This document shows positions 27,401-38,677 of a stretch of DNA of 64,000 bases, one piece after another. The number at the start of each line of letters is the position of its first letter. Within the stretch, counting starts at the first letter, position 1. The position numbers were made by a program, and so were the translations under genes. This DNA is from Macrostomum lignano (taxonomy: Eukaryota): assembly GCA_002269645.1 (NCBI GenBank), contig NIVC01001698.1, positions 62,001-126,000 on the forward strand, written 5' to 3'. The notes under the pieces were generated by a model that searched no databases, was not told the DNA's origin, and saw nothing but the letters and a program-made list of their open reading frames with translations.

Positions 27401-28748
27401 GCAGCCCGGTCAGCCAAGCTTAGCTCAGCGAGCCTTTGGGTTGAGGTGGGGATCCGCGAGCAGATCACAAGGCAAAGATCCCAGGTGCGCGCGGGGAACG
27501 GGGGCAGGAGACAGGCTTGTGTGATTAACAGCTTACTGCGTACAGAAGAAAATGAAGGTTCTCTAAGTTTCAAATGTGCCGGCTGGAATTCCGGAGGAGG
27601 AGGAGAGGTTGGTTCCCATAGTAGCACATGTCAGTCAGCAGTGCATTCGCATGCTTAAGTGAATTTCGGGACCGATTTAAATTTACTAATATCCAAAGTC
27701 TCCAACAGGCTGAATTCTACACACTCTATACAGAATGCTCTCGTTTCACCTGTGAAGTGTTAAAGGGAGGCCCATGCAGTTTTCGCATGCAAACACTAGC
27801 GGGAGGGCACCGTTTTTCCCAAGAAACACTGGCGCCTCACTCGGTTACTTCGGCTGGTCAGTTGGCTTGAGGGCTCTTTGACGGGCGCAACTGTGGCTCC
27901 GAATTGCTGATTCTGCGGATGCTGCTGGCGCCGGGGACTCGGCTGGTGCTGGGACACGTACTGACGGCCATCGGAGCTGGCAGCGCCGACCTCCTTTGCG
28001 GCCACCCCGCCGCTATACGCCGCGTTGTCGGCCGCAGCGGCGCTGAGCCGCACCGTGTCGGCTTCGCTCGCGTCCGCGCCTGCGCCGGACTCCTCTTCGA
28101 AGTCGCGGCTCCGGCGGCTCCGGTGCCGGTGCTTCCGGTGCTTGTGCTTCCGTTCCCGTTTCCGGTCTTTGTTGGCGACGCTGCCGTCTTCTTCCGTCGT
28201 TCGATCTTTCTCCAACCTGCGGTGGTAAAGATGCGACAGGAGTTTTGTGAACCCGGAATCAGTGCTGCAGCAGTTACCAGGGCTAAAGTGCATATAGCTA
28301 CGAGGCTGTGAGCCCGGAATCAGTGCTGCAGCAGTTACCAGGGCTAAAGTGCATATAGCTACGAGGCTGTGAGCCCGGAATCAGTGCTGCAGCAGTTACC
28401 AGGGCTAAAGTGCATATAGCTACGAGGCTGTGAGCCCGGAATCAGTGCTGCAGCAGTTACCAGGGCTAAAGTGCATATAGCTACGAGGCTGTGAGCCCGG
28501 AATCAGTGCTGCAGCAGTTACCAGGGCTAAAGTGCATATAGCTACGAGGCTGTGAACCCGGAATCAGTGCTGCAGCAGTTACCAGGGCTAAAGTGCATAT
28601 AGCTACGAGGCTGCCACCCCGTTGGAGTACCAAAGCCACCCATTTTGCGTCACCTGTCGGGGCCGGGTTGATCGACGTAGTCGGGTCCCACCGGCTGCAC
28701 CCGGATGTGCTGCCGATAGCCAGATAGGTCAATATTCTCCCCATCCAT
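9401..28748 (-). CDS. TRPM: TRPM (melastatin) cation channel, about 1430 aa, 19 coding exons, no NUDT9-H or kinase domain
   Basis: Minus-strand exons 28748-28654, 28216-27841, 27139-27039, 25625-25436, 24663-24468, 24084-23918, 22558-22285, 21524-21322, 20728-20576, 19513-19298, 18645-18495, 18016-17531, 17434-17205, 16085-15477, 15377-15179, 14852-14747, 13948-13740, 10581-10380 and 9530-9401 are all GT-AG and phase-consistent (sum 4293 nt). Motifs: LSVNGGAK, WILTPG, IEPNHTHFIFCDNG, VIEGG, QGSGRAA, AWQRADIA, DLFLWSLL, FYSAPICKF, LEEFRQ, LGPKVVMI, PYWQMYGE, LNLLIAMFG, TRP domain, C-terminal coiled coil. The last acceptor is uncertain (see findings). Confidence 0.92.
9512..10309. repeat. CAG-rich minisatellite, 29/32-bp units
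   Basis: GGGCTGCTGCTGACTCTGACTGGCTAATG tandem copies at the TRPM terminal exon. Confidence 0.95.
10735..13690. repeat. Compound 3-kb satellite: 16-bp unit, then 13-bp units
   Basis: CCAGTAGTGTCTCTAT (10741-11700) changing to CCAGTGTCACTAT/CCATAGTTACTAT. Confidence 0.97.
14095..14665. repeat. Purine-rich minisatellite, ~24-25-bp unit
   Basis: GAGTTGGTGAATGGGGATAGGGAAA tandem copies. Confidence 0.93.
16211..17163. mobile_element. Foldback/MITE-like element with 430-bp inverted arms and a 93-bp spacer (TRPM intron 13)
   Basis: 16211-16640 is the near-perfect reverse complement of 16734-17163. No coding capacity and no clear TSD. Confidence 0.85.
18052..18412 (-). mobile_element. tRNA-derived SINE, copy 2 (full length, in TRPM intron 11)
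   Basis: The head GGGCCGTAGCCCAGCGGTCTAGCGC has an A-box (18392-18402) and a B-box (18349-18359). The tail is TAATAAAAAA. The TSD is CAGT(A/G)TTGGGG at 18041-18051 and 18413-18423 (1 mismatch). Confidence 0.85.
18876..19213. repeat. Minisatellite, 14-bp unit CTGGCTGTAACACA
   Basis: Tandem copies in TRPM intron 10. Confidence 0.93.
20757..21310. repeat. Minisatellite, 50-bp unit
   Basis: About 11 copies filling TRPM intron 8. Confidence 0.95.
21620..22275. repeat. Minisatellite, 21-bp unit TTGAGGATGCGCCATTTCATT
   Basis: About 31 copies filling TRPM intron 7. Confidence 0.97.
24071..24322. repeat. 51-bp x5 tandem repeat spanning the TRPM exon 6 acceptor
   Basis: Each unit is 37 nt of intron plus 14 nt of exon. 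Confidence 0.95.
24705..25335. repeat. Minisatellite, 23-bp unit GACACCACAGGCACACCCACAA(A/T)
   Basis: Tandem copies in TRPM intron 4. Confidence 0.95.
28247..28612. repeat. 61-bp x6 tandem repeat
   Basis: Near-identical copies in TRPM intron 1. Confidence 0.95.
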
Positions 28749-29045
28749 TTAGCTGACTGGTGCCGCTGAATGCGTCTGGAAAGAGGCGTGCGATGCCCAC
28801 TGCAGAGTCTTCTGAGACGTACGAGATAAATCATTGAAAAACAACTGATGACAAATCTTTTTATAGCAGTATTATTTCTTAAGCCAACGCTTAATTTATA
28901 AGCTTGCACCAATCAGGTGTGTTAACATTTTAAGAAACAAGAGACAATTTAAAACAAAATCTAACGAAACTGCATCGTGTCAATCAAGAGAAAGTACTAA
29001 TTTTTGGAATTTTTAGGAGGCAGTTTTTACCAACGAAGACATTAC

Positions 29046-29564
29046 AGGGGCCTATTTCATAAAACACTTGTCGGACAAATTACAAGTGACAAGTGACAAG
29101 TGAAGTACGAGAAAGAGATTTGACAAATTACAAGCGCTCCTTCGGGGGTTTCGTCCATAGACATGCGCTAAGCTGGATGCTTCTGTTGTGAAAATACTTC
29201 CTCTTGTCTTGTGTTTTTGACAAGTCGCTGTGACACTTGTAGCTTTATTAAAGCTGTGTATTCAAGTCCGAGAAGAACGCAGAGGCCGTCTTTAAAGCAA
29301 GTCTGTCCAAAACCAAGGAGTTCTATGATTAGCAAGGATGCTAATTATAGAACTCCTTGTCTAAAACACAGATCCTAAAATTGTGGTCTGTGGTCTAAAG
29401 GCTGGATCGATTTCATAAGGTGGTTCAACCATAGACACAAAAATGAGTTACTTTTAACCCTAGCAACGCGCGATGTTTATGAAACCAAAATCGTTGACGC
29501 TTGACACTTGTCACTTGTCGTTTGTCGACTTGTCACTTGTAGCTTTTTTATAAAATCGACCCCA
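29046..29564. mobile_element. Probable MITE upstream of TRPM
   Basis: Imperfect TIRs AGGGGCCTATTTCATAAAA / TTTTATAAAATCGACCCCA plus inverted ACAAGTGACAAG subterminal repeats; no TSD recognised. Confidence 0.45.
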
Positions 29565-29830
29565 GGTATTCATTTTTTCAGCACATATTTTCAGACCCAA
29601 TATTCATCTTTTGATAAGCTCGTATTACTTGTCTTTCTTAAAGCCCCATTGATCTTTTGTCTAGAAAATTAAGATTCTACGTTAATTTTATATCCTACGT
29701 ACACGTCCTGTGCCTAAAAATCATAAAAGTGGCACAGCCCGACTCAGGGGCGTCGCCATGGAATTTATGGTGGAACAAAGCCAAGAATTCTACATATAAA
29801 TTATTTTCAGAATCGGCATTTTTAGCGATC

Positions 29831-30570
29831 ATTTTGGCGCCGCAGGCACTCATTTTGGCGCCGCAGGCACTCATTTTGGCTCCGCAGGCACTCACTTATA
29901 GGCGCCGCAGGCACTCATTTTGGCGCCGCAGGCACTCACTTATAGGTGCCGCAGGCACTCATTTTGGCGCCGCAGGCACTCACTTATAGGTGCCGCAGGC
30001 ACTCATTTTGGCGCCGCAGGCACTCACTTATAGGTGCCGCAGGCACTCATTTTGGCTCCGCAGGCACTCACTTATAGGCGCCGCAGGCACTCATTTTGGC
30101 GCCGCAGGCACTCACTTATAGGTGCCGCAAGCACTCATTTTGGCGCCGCAGGCACTCACTTATAGGTGCCGCAGGCACTCATTTTGGCGCCGAAGCACTC
30201 ATTTTGGCGCCGCAGGCACTCATTTATAGGTGCCGCAGGCACTCATTTTGGCTCCGCAGGCACTCACTTATAAGTGCCGCAGGCACTCATTTTGGCGCCG
30301 CAGGCACTCACTTATAGGTGCCGCAGGCACTCATTTTGGCGCCGCAGGCACTCACTTATAGGTGCCGCAGGCACTCATTTTGGCGCCGCAGGCACTCATT
30401 TTGGCGCCGCAGGCACTCATTTATAGGTGCCGCAGGCACTCATTTTGGCGCCACAGGCACTCATTTTGGCGCCGCAGCTGCTCATTTATAGGTGCCGCAG
30501 GCGCTCATTTTGGCGCCACAGGCACTCATTTTGGCGCCGCAGCTGCTCATTTATAGGTGCCGCAGGCGCT
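29831..30570. repeat. Minisatellite with alternating 21/23-bp units (TTTTGGCGCCGCAGGCACTCA / CTTATAGGTGCCGCAGGCACTCA)
   Basis: Tandem copies upstream of TRPM. Confidence 0.93.
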
Positions 30571-33466
30571 ATGTTTTGTCGCCCTGAAGCAAAATTATTG
30601 ATTTCCATAACAGGGTCACAAAGGTGGGGTGGGGTTATAAAGCATTGACGTCCTCCATAACTTTTACTGGGGGGGACGCTTCCCCACTGTTTCCCCCTCC
30701 CGGTGGCAACGCCCTGGCTAATAATAAGTAATGATTTTATAGTCTTTACAATCAGTAGCGAGTCTTCATTAAAGTATAATAAAAGGCTTTAATTATATTA
30801 GTAGGTTAATTAGGTCGTATTTACGAAACAAGCCTAGCCTAAGTCAATATTGTTCATTTGTCTGATTGCTCGCAATATTGTAGTTAAAATCAGTTTTGTT
30901 ACACAGTCAATAAGCTAAGCACTCTAATAGTGATAAAAAGATTAATAAAACCAATGAGTCGAGTTCTGCCACTTATATGATTTTTAGGCTCAGGACTTGT
31001 ACCTGGGATATAAAATAGCATTCACTATACTAAAGATGAGCTGTCGGTATCCATCTAGGCAGGTATCATGTCCTTGATTTCAGAAAAGTAGAATCCTAAT
31101 TTTCTGAACGAAAAGCTCTACAAAAATCAACTGAGCTATAAGAAAGGCACAGCATATCAAAAGATAAACATTGGGTCTGCCTGCTATCAAAAGCAATTAC
31201 AATTTTTGTGCTGAAAAATGAAAAAAACGATTCTCCATAATAGATATTTTGGTAAACATACCACCTAAAAATTTTCAAGAAACAGTTTCCTATTCTTCTG
31301 CTTGAGTAGTCCTTGGTAAAAAACGTATACTTTCTCAAGGCATTTCCTAGCACGTTTTCTAAAGAAATAAAGATTAGATTAATAAAATATTACTAAAATA
31401 TCTAGTCATTTAAAATCGATGGTGGGTACAGTATTTTCATTTTTCAAAGACTTAAATAAATATGAATTGTTCGCATGATATGATTGTTAATCGATACACT
31501 TATGCCAATTGGATTGGCTGACTAAAACTGATCGTTTTGTCTAATTTGATATATAACATCTTACATATAAAATGGGTTGACAAACAATATCATTTGAATC
31601 TTGATTCTGCCGCATTTCCTCTAGTACTTTGAGTTTCAGAGCGTCAGTGTGTAGTGTAGCATATCATTGAACGTTTTTATATACGATTTAAAATTAATTT
31701 ATAGAAGCTTAGAATTATACGAATGAATATTCACGTAAAGTATGTCCCTGTTAAAGATGACACCGATGTAAATCAGAAGAATTTTTAAACAATTTGCATG
31801 GGTAGGAACTGTGTTTACAACTGTAACTTACGAGCGCTCGTATCATTTTGGGGCCGTTGTCAGATTCAAAATGATAGCTAAATTGTGCCTTGAAAGTAAC
31901 CGAGTAACCTACAATGCAAACACAGTTAGAATCATAAATATCGCTCTTTAAATAACCAAAAGAGACAAAACAGTGTTATCAAAGTAACATTTGCTGAAAG
32001 TTTTTCAACGGTGTGCGCACAATGTAAAAATCGTACTTTATTTTGTTAAAACTGAAAAATTTTAATTAAACCGTCAAATTTCGCTTCACCGGTTAGTATA
32101 AAGTTTGCGTCTTAATATTGCAGTATGACTTAGACTCCATTTTCATAGAGCTGATTTTGCTGGTTGCTTAGATGATTGAGTAAACAAATTAAGATATATT
32201 TTAGTATACATTGGTTAAAAATTCAAGTAACTGCCCTATTTATTCAGTTTGTTTAATATTTTAATGCTCCTTGGTAACTTTAATATTCATGCAAGTTCGG
32301 TTTGACTGTTAAAAAGTATATAGTGTTCATTTGCTTGTTTATAAACATTTAAAAACTCAGGCCTAGTGTATTTTTCCCAAATAAAACCTTTTTATCACAT
32401 GAATAGACAAAATTTGCATTTGAAACTTTAATGCACTTACTTCATTGCCAATTACTTGGTCACACTGCGATACTCAACTTATTGTCAAGTTGAGTAGCAC
32501 AACCCAACTATTCAACTCAACTCAACTGCTACTCAACTTATTGCCATTTGAATTTTTGTACTTCGTATGCTTACTTTAATATTTAATATTTCATATTAAT
32601 TGATATTTACAGTGGACCAAGTTTTGATCGATTCCCACTGATTCCCACACTGCTAAGTAAGTTATAAAGCAGTAAAAACAAAAAAAAATATACCAAAAAT
32701 TTTTGGTATGAACTGGGAACCGTTGGAAGTTAGCTGCGTTTCCGTCTCATCATCTGCTTCAGTGGCAAATCAGCAGAAAAACGCCTCCTTCCAGCGCCTT
32801 CTCGCTCTATAGTATAGTTCAAGCTCCGCGCCTCCGACCTGGACAAACTAGAGAGAATTTCACCGACGCCCTCCGTCGCATGCAATGCCTGTGTAGCATG
32901 AGACAGACTAGGCCTACGAGCTTAGGTCTGCGATCCTACACACCTGCACCCCCTCTATTCTGGTGCAGGAATGGCAGGAGAACTCTCTCCAAGCTGACTC
33001 GCAAGCCGACCCAGGGGTTCGCGCCCCGCATGTGTTCAAGGCAGCCCTAGGGCTGCTGGACTGACTGGGCTCCGGCGGCGGCAACCCATCCGTGGCCTTT
33101 GGCCAAGTTGGGTACGGGCTCCGCCCGGAAGTGAACCTGTGCGTATCAGGTACCTCTGGCCACGGCTCTGAGGAACAGGTACCACCCTCTGACTTTAACA
33201 GGGTATGCGGCCAGTCCGCAGGCTCCGGAGGCAGTCCTCCTGCTTCCCTCAAGGGCCCAGTGTAGTACCGTGCTGATGGTCATTTGGTTCGGCCTCTGGT
33301 TTCTCCAAGCCGGGCTCTTAGCTGGGGAGTTTCTCGGTTGCTAGCGGTCGGGCCGGTACGGGCTTAAGCCACCCCCCCGGTCGCTACCTCTTGGCCTGGC
33401 TGTTGGGTTTGGGGTTACGGCCCAGCGGCTTCTCACCTCTAGTCCCCACTCGCCTTTCAGCGACTC

Positions 33467-34936
33467 ATGGAGTATTCATTTACACCTAACACGTCCGAGG
33501 CTGCTGGAGCACCAACCGAGGTTGGCACCGCGGCCCAGCCGGACATTCGCAACACAGGAACCCCCGGTGCCTCTCAATCTGCCGCTGCCGCCGCTCAGGA
33601 TAATACCGGAGTGGCTGGACAAGACAGCGGACCTCAGATTTCGAAAAAGAAGGCCCGTAGCATTGCTCGCTTCAAAGCCTTTCTCCAGCGCAAAGCGGAG
33701 GAAAGGAGGAATGCGAAAGCCGCCCCTCCGGCCACCTCTGAGGAGGGTGCCGGTAACTCTGCGAACCCCGCGGAGGAGCCGACATCCGACAAGGGGGTGG
33801 ACCCCGCGCGCCGGTCTGATGCGTCAGGTGCCGCCGAAGCTCCTGGTGCGGCTGGCCCCTCCCGTGACCGGACCTCTGCCCGTGTGGAAGCTCCCACGGC
33901 CGTGGAGGGATCCAAAGCGGGGGGCGCTGGCCAAACCACAAAGCCGAAGCAAACCTACGCCGCTATGGCCAAGAGGCAGCCGGCCCTGGTTATCCAAGGC
34001 CAGGAGACGCCTCTTACGGCCGAACAGCTCGACCTTATCTGGCGCAGGTTGGACTCCCACCTGGTCAAGATGGCCTTGAGCGGCACTATCATTCGAGTCC
34101 AAAAGACGAAAGTCGAGGACCAAGCCCTCTATATCCAGCCCGCCGACAGCCAGTCAGGACAGCAGCTCCTCGAGCTGCTGAAAACCTTCGACTTGGGTAC
34201 GGAGCTGGAGAACCTGTTCATCTACAGGGAGGACGAGCGACCCCGGACACACCGGCACCGTGCCTGGATCCCGGCTCGCAGCTGCATCACCAAGGCCGAC
34301 GAGCTGCGTCACCTGCTAGTGGCTTCCAACCCGGAGCTACCGGCCAACGGTGTCGTAGTTCACGAGACCATCTCCAAGCCGGGCGGAGACGGTTTCACGG
34401 CTATTCTTGGACTGTCGGATAGCTGGATGCTCCGCCACCCGGACATATCCATCATCTCTGTCGGGCTGTTGCAGATTCAGCTCTTTAGCTTTGAGTCTGA
34501 CGCCACCCGCCCACCGCCCCCGGAGAAGCGTAAGCGGGCAGTCGGGGGCTCTGCCGGGCGGAAACGCCCAGGAAAAGAAGCTCCCGGCCGTCACGACCCC
34601 TCCGAGGACGTGGACCCTGTCAGAGGGAAAGCCGCGAAAGCTGCAGCAACAGGCGGACGTGGAAAGGGCCGGAAACCCGCCCGGAACACTATCCGCTCTG
34701 GTCTAACTCAGAGCGCGAAGCAGCTGCTGGACACCACCAAGGCCCCCAACCGCAGCCACCCCCAGCCCAGTGTCACCACTGCGGCTCCCCCGGAAAACCG
34801 GGCCGAGAGCGAGAATGCCGCCCAGGTAGCGACATCGCCCTCGACCATGGAATCCATCCGGGAGGAGCCCATGGAGCTGGAGCCTGAAGCTATCGGCGAG
34901 GCAGAAGAGGCAGCTCTCCTGCACAACTCGCCTTGA
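33467..34936 (+). CDS. LINE ORF1 (gag-like, 489 aa; central region resembles the DUF4780-type ORF1 of LOA elements)
   Basis: Intact ATG-TGA ORF directly upstream of the endonuclease. It has low-complexity termini and a folded core (AMAKRQPALVIQG...LLVASNPELP); no CCHC knuckle is seen. The domain assignment is from recall, not a search. Confidence 0.75.
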   Translation: MEYSFTPNTSEAAGAPTEVGTAAQPDIRNTGTPGASQSAAAAAQDNTGVAGQDSGPQISKKKARSIARFKAFLQRKAEERRNAKAAPPATSEEGAGNSANPAEEPTSDKGVDPARRSDASGAAEAPGAAGPSRDRTSARVEAPTAVEGSKAGGAGQTTKPKQTYAAMAKRQPALVIQGQETPLTAEQLDLIWRRLDSHLVKMALSGTIIRVQKTKVEDQALYIQPADSQSGQQLLELLKTFDLGTELENLFIYREDERPRTHRHRAWIPARSCITKADELRHLLVASNPELPANGVVVHETISKPGGDGFTAILGLSDSWMLRHPDISIISVGLLQIQLFSFESDATRPPPPEKRKRAVGGSAGRKRPGKEAPGRHDPSEDVDPVRGKAAKAAATGGRGKGRKPARNTIRSGLTQSAKQLLDTTKAPNRSHPQPSVTTAAPPENRAESENAAQVATSPSTMESIREEPMELEPEAIGEAEEAALLHNSP

Positions 34937-37900
34937 GCCGGCAGGAAGCTGAGCGGACCACTCGTGGAATCCCTGGAGTGGACATCCTGCAGCTAAACCT
35001 GCACCACTGCATCGCGGCCTCGACCAACCTGATGCGGGTGGCAAACTTTGCGAAACCGGGCATCATCCTACTCCAGGAGCCCTGGACAAATAAAGGTAAG
35101 ATTCCGAATATTCCTGCTGGTTTTGACTGTTTTCAGGACCCTCAAAACCCCAGAGCAGCCATGTTCGTGTCTACCCATCTCAAAGCTTGGCACAGACCGG
35201 ACCTCTCTGACAGAGACCTCTGTGTCATTCAGTCCAACCACATTATCACTAACCGCACGGTCATCATCGCCTCGATTTATATCCCTGGCGATGGCCCCGC
35301 GGTTCCACCCAACCTCACCTCCCTCGTGGACTACTGCTCTAACCGTAGGTTCGAGCTGCTGGTGGCGGGCGACATCAACGCTCACCACACCCACTGGGGC
35401 AGTAATATTTCCAATAGCAGAGGCGAGGAACTCCTTGCTTACATCTGCACCACCAACACTGAGTTTTGCAACATTGGTGGAACCCCCACCTTTGACAACG
35501 GGCGATGGACGGAGGCCCTCGACGTTACCCTCGTCTCCCATGGCTTGGCTCCTTTAGTCAAGGACTGGGAGGTGTGGGACGAAGAGGAGTCTCTGTCTGA
35601 CCATCGCTTCGTTCGTTTTCGTTTGCAATCCTCTTGCCCCAAGCCTCACATTCTGTGGAAAAGGAACGTCCGGAACACTGACTGGACGGCTTTCACGGAA
35701 ACCCTGAAATGCCAGACAGATCAGCTGACTACCGTCGCTCCAACCACCTGTCAGGAAGTGGATGACCTTGCAGACTTGCTCAGCAAGACCGTCCTGACAG
35801 CCCATGAGGCTTCCTGTCCTCTTAAAGCCTACAAAGGCAAAAATCCGCCCATTGGTGGCACCCGGCGCTCGGATCCCTCCGGCGCAAGGCAAAGTGCCTC
35901 CAACGGAAAGCTCGCAAGAGCAAGGACCCAGCTGACCTGGCCGCCTATCAAGAAGCGATCCGCGACTTTAAGCGTGAAACCAGGAAAGCCAAGTCCGACA
36001 AATGGCGTCAATACTGCGCGGAGTTAGAAGGCACCCGCCCTACTTCGCGCGTAGTTAAGGCTCTCACCCTCGACAAAATGTCAAAGCTCTCAGTCATTAA
36101 AATACCGGACGGCCGGCTCGCTGAGAACCCTGGGGAATCGCTGGACATTATGCTCACCAGCTCTTTCCCACGTGCCGCACCGCAGCTAGGCCCACCGGAC
36201 CACTCTCCGGGCGGACAGATTCTGGCTTCGACCATCATTACTAGAGAGAGGGCGGCTCGCGCCGCAAAATCCTTCTCTCCTTTCAAGTCCCCGGGTCCTG
36301 ACAACATTGATCCTGCCTTCCTTCATGAGGCAGTTAAAAATGACAGGTTTCTCGGCCTCCTCTGCAACCTCTTCAAGGCCAGCATTACCCTCGGGTATGT
36401 GCCAAAAGCCTGGCAAGAGGCTACGGTAGTCTTCATACCCAAGCCAGGAAAGGGAGACTATCACTCCGCCAAAGCTTACCGCCCTATCAGTCTGACGTCC
36501 TTCTTCCTCAAACTGATGGAACGGCTGGTGCTCTGGCGCCTTCTCCTCGTTGAGCTGAGGAACTCCCCGCTCTCCCCTAATCAGCACGTCTTCGTCCTGG
36601 ACGTTCCATCGAAAGTGCGCTGCACGCCATTGTCGACAAGCTGGAGCGCGCCGTGCTTGGCAGTGGATACGCGCTGTCGCTTTTCCTCGACATTGATGGT
36701 GATTTCAACAATGTGCTCTTTGAAGCCTTTAAGCGAGCCCTGGAATCCCGGGGCACGCACGAGCACCTCACCCGCTGGATCATGTACATGGTCTCCCATC
36801 GTACTGCCACCTCGCACCTCGTGGGACACTCACGCTCCGTGGAAGTCCAGAAGGGCGGACCGCAAGGTGGAGTCCTCAGCCCGATCCTCTGGAACTTAGT
36901 CATGGACGAACTGCTTTGCAGCCCGCATCCGACCCTGTTCAGAAGGTCGGCTACGCGGACGATGTTACCGCCACTGTGGCTGGACCATCGCCCGCGGTCC
37001 TCAGGGACCTCCTTCAATCCTTCATCCACCGTGCCGAGCGCTGGGCACATAGCTGCGGCCTCAGGTTCTCTGAGTCTAAAACTGTGGCTATCATGTTCAC
37101 CAGCCGCCGAAACTGGAGGATCGAACCGCTCTCCCTCTACGGCAAACCTGTTGCCATGGAGAAACAAACTAGATGTCTGGGCGTCACCCTCGACCACAGG
37201 TTGAGCTGGACCCCGCACGTCCAAACGAAAGCCCGCAAAGCTCTCGCGACTCTCGCGCAGATCCGCAGAGCTTTCGGTGCTACCTGGGGCCTCACCCCCC
37301 GCCGCCTCTGGTGGATTTACACTGCCATTGTTAGACCGGCCATCTCCTTCGCCGGCTTCATTTGGAACAGTGCCCTAGAGGTGAAAGGGGTTCTTGAGGT
37401 TTTAAATAGGGTGCAAGGCCGCGCTTGTCGAGCTATCATGAGCGCGGCTCCCTCTACGCCCTTCGCTGGCATGAACTCCTTCTTGGACATTCCCCCCTCA
37501 ACCTCTTTGTTAGAGGGGAGGCAATGAAAACCACCCGTCGTCTGCTTGACGCGGGTGTCCAAATCCAGAAGCAGTTTGCCTTCAGAAAGCGGAACCTCCG
37601 GCAGCATGGCGACCTCAGCCTGCGAGACCTGGAAGCAGCGAGAGGCCTGCTGACCCTCTCGGACGGAATCCCTTCCACGCTCTGCCCCCCGCTCAAATTC
37701 AAAACCAGCATTCCACCACGCCGTGAAGCGAGAGATAACTGGAAACCCCATGAAATCCACTGCTTCACTGACGGGTCCCAAATCAACTCCGCCTCTGGAT
37801 ACGGCTACTGCATCGTGTCTGGAGGGAGAACTGTGGCGACCTTCTCCCAACACACCGGCACCTGCTCCACCGTCTTCCAGAACGAAGTTCTCGCCATCAG

Positions 37901-38677
37901 CTCCTGCGCCATGGAGCTGTACAATCAGCGCGTCTGGGGGAAGGAAATTACCCTCCACTCGGACAGTCAAGCGGCGATTCACGCCCTTAAGCGCACCACC
38001 ACCAGCTCGCGTACAGTCCTCGACTGCATCGGGCAGCTCAACCGCTTAGGCGCCTCCAACAAGGTGTCCCTAAGGTGGATCCCCGGGCATTCGGGCCACC
38101 CCGGCAACGAGCTGGCCGATCGCCTGGCTAAGGTTGGCTCGACCGGTTCTTTTACTGGTCCCCTGCCCGTGGCCCCCACCCCCATCGCTGTTGTCACCAC
38201 TCGGATCAACCAGTGGGTGGCTTCTAAGCACAGGGAGAGGTGGGCTAACGCCCCGACTGCCGGCAATCCCGCGCGGCTGTCCCCTGTCCCTCCCCCGCCC
38301 TTCGCAGGGCCCTGCTTGGACTCAACCGCAGGGACATCAGGGCGGTTACCATGGCCCTCTCGGGTCATGGCTGCTTTGCCAGGCATCGTTACCTCCAGGA
38401 GAAAATCCGCAGTGAGGAATGCCCTTTCTGCCTCTCCGGTGTCGAGAATGCGGAGCACTTCGTCTGTGAATGCCCCGCCTTTACTCAGGACAGGCTCACC
38501 TACCTCGGCCCAAACCTGGACCTCTCCGACGTTTTCAGGCCCGAGAATCTCTGCCAGCTCGTCCGCTACCTAAGGGCTACCGGGCGAGCGACAATCCACC
38601 TCCTGGACTCTCCGGAGGGGGACCGCGCTGCGGACGCCGGCGCCACCGGAACTCCCTGCGCGACACCGCAGCACTAG
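34933..38677 (+). pseudogene. LINE ORF2 (APE endonuclease, reverse transcriptase, RNase H, C-terminal zinc finger), split by five -1 frameshifts
   Basis: APE: LQLNLHH, LLQEPW, AGDINAHH, LSDH. RT: KSPGPDNI, YRPISLTS, FLDIDGDF, PQGGVLSPILW, GYADD. RNase H: [34 protein letters not shown]. Zinc finger: CPFC...EHFVCEC. Frameshifts near 35850, 36593, 36929, 37495 and 38252. Confidence 0.9.

Noticed and set aside
29745-30716. Short inverted ends CAGGGGCGTCGCCA / TGGCAACGCCCTG around the 21/23-bp array, hAT-like
   Set aside because: The match is only 13-14 bp and imperfect, with no TSD; too weak to call.
32471-32496. 10-bp-stem hairpin TACTCAACTT-ATTGTC-AAGTTGAGTA
   Set aside because: It is isolated within local CAACT repeats, with no Helitron CTRR end or other supporting context.
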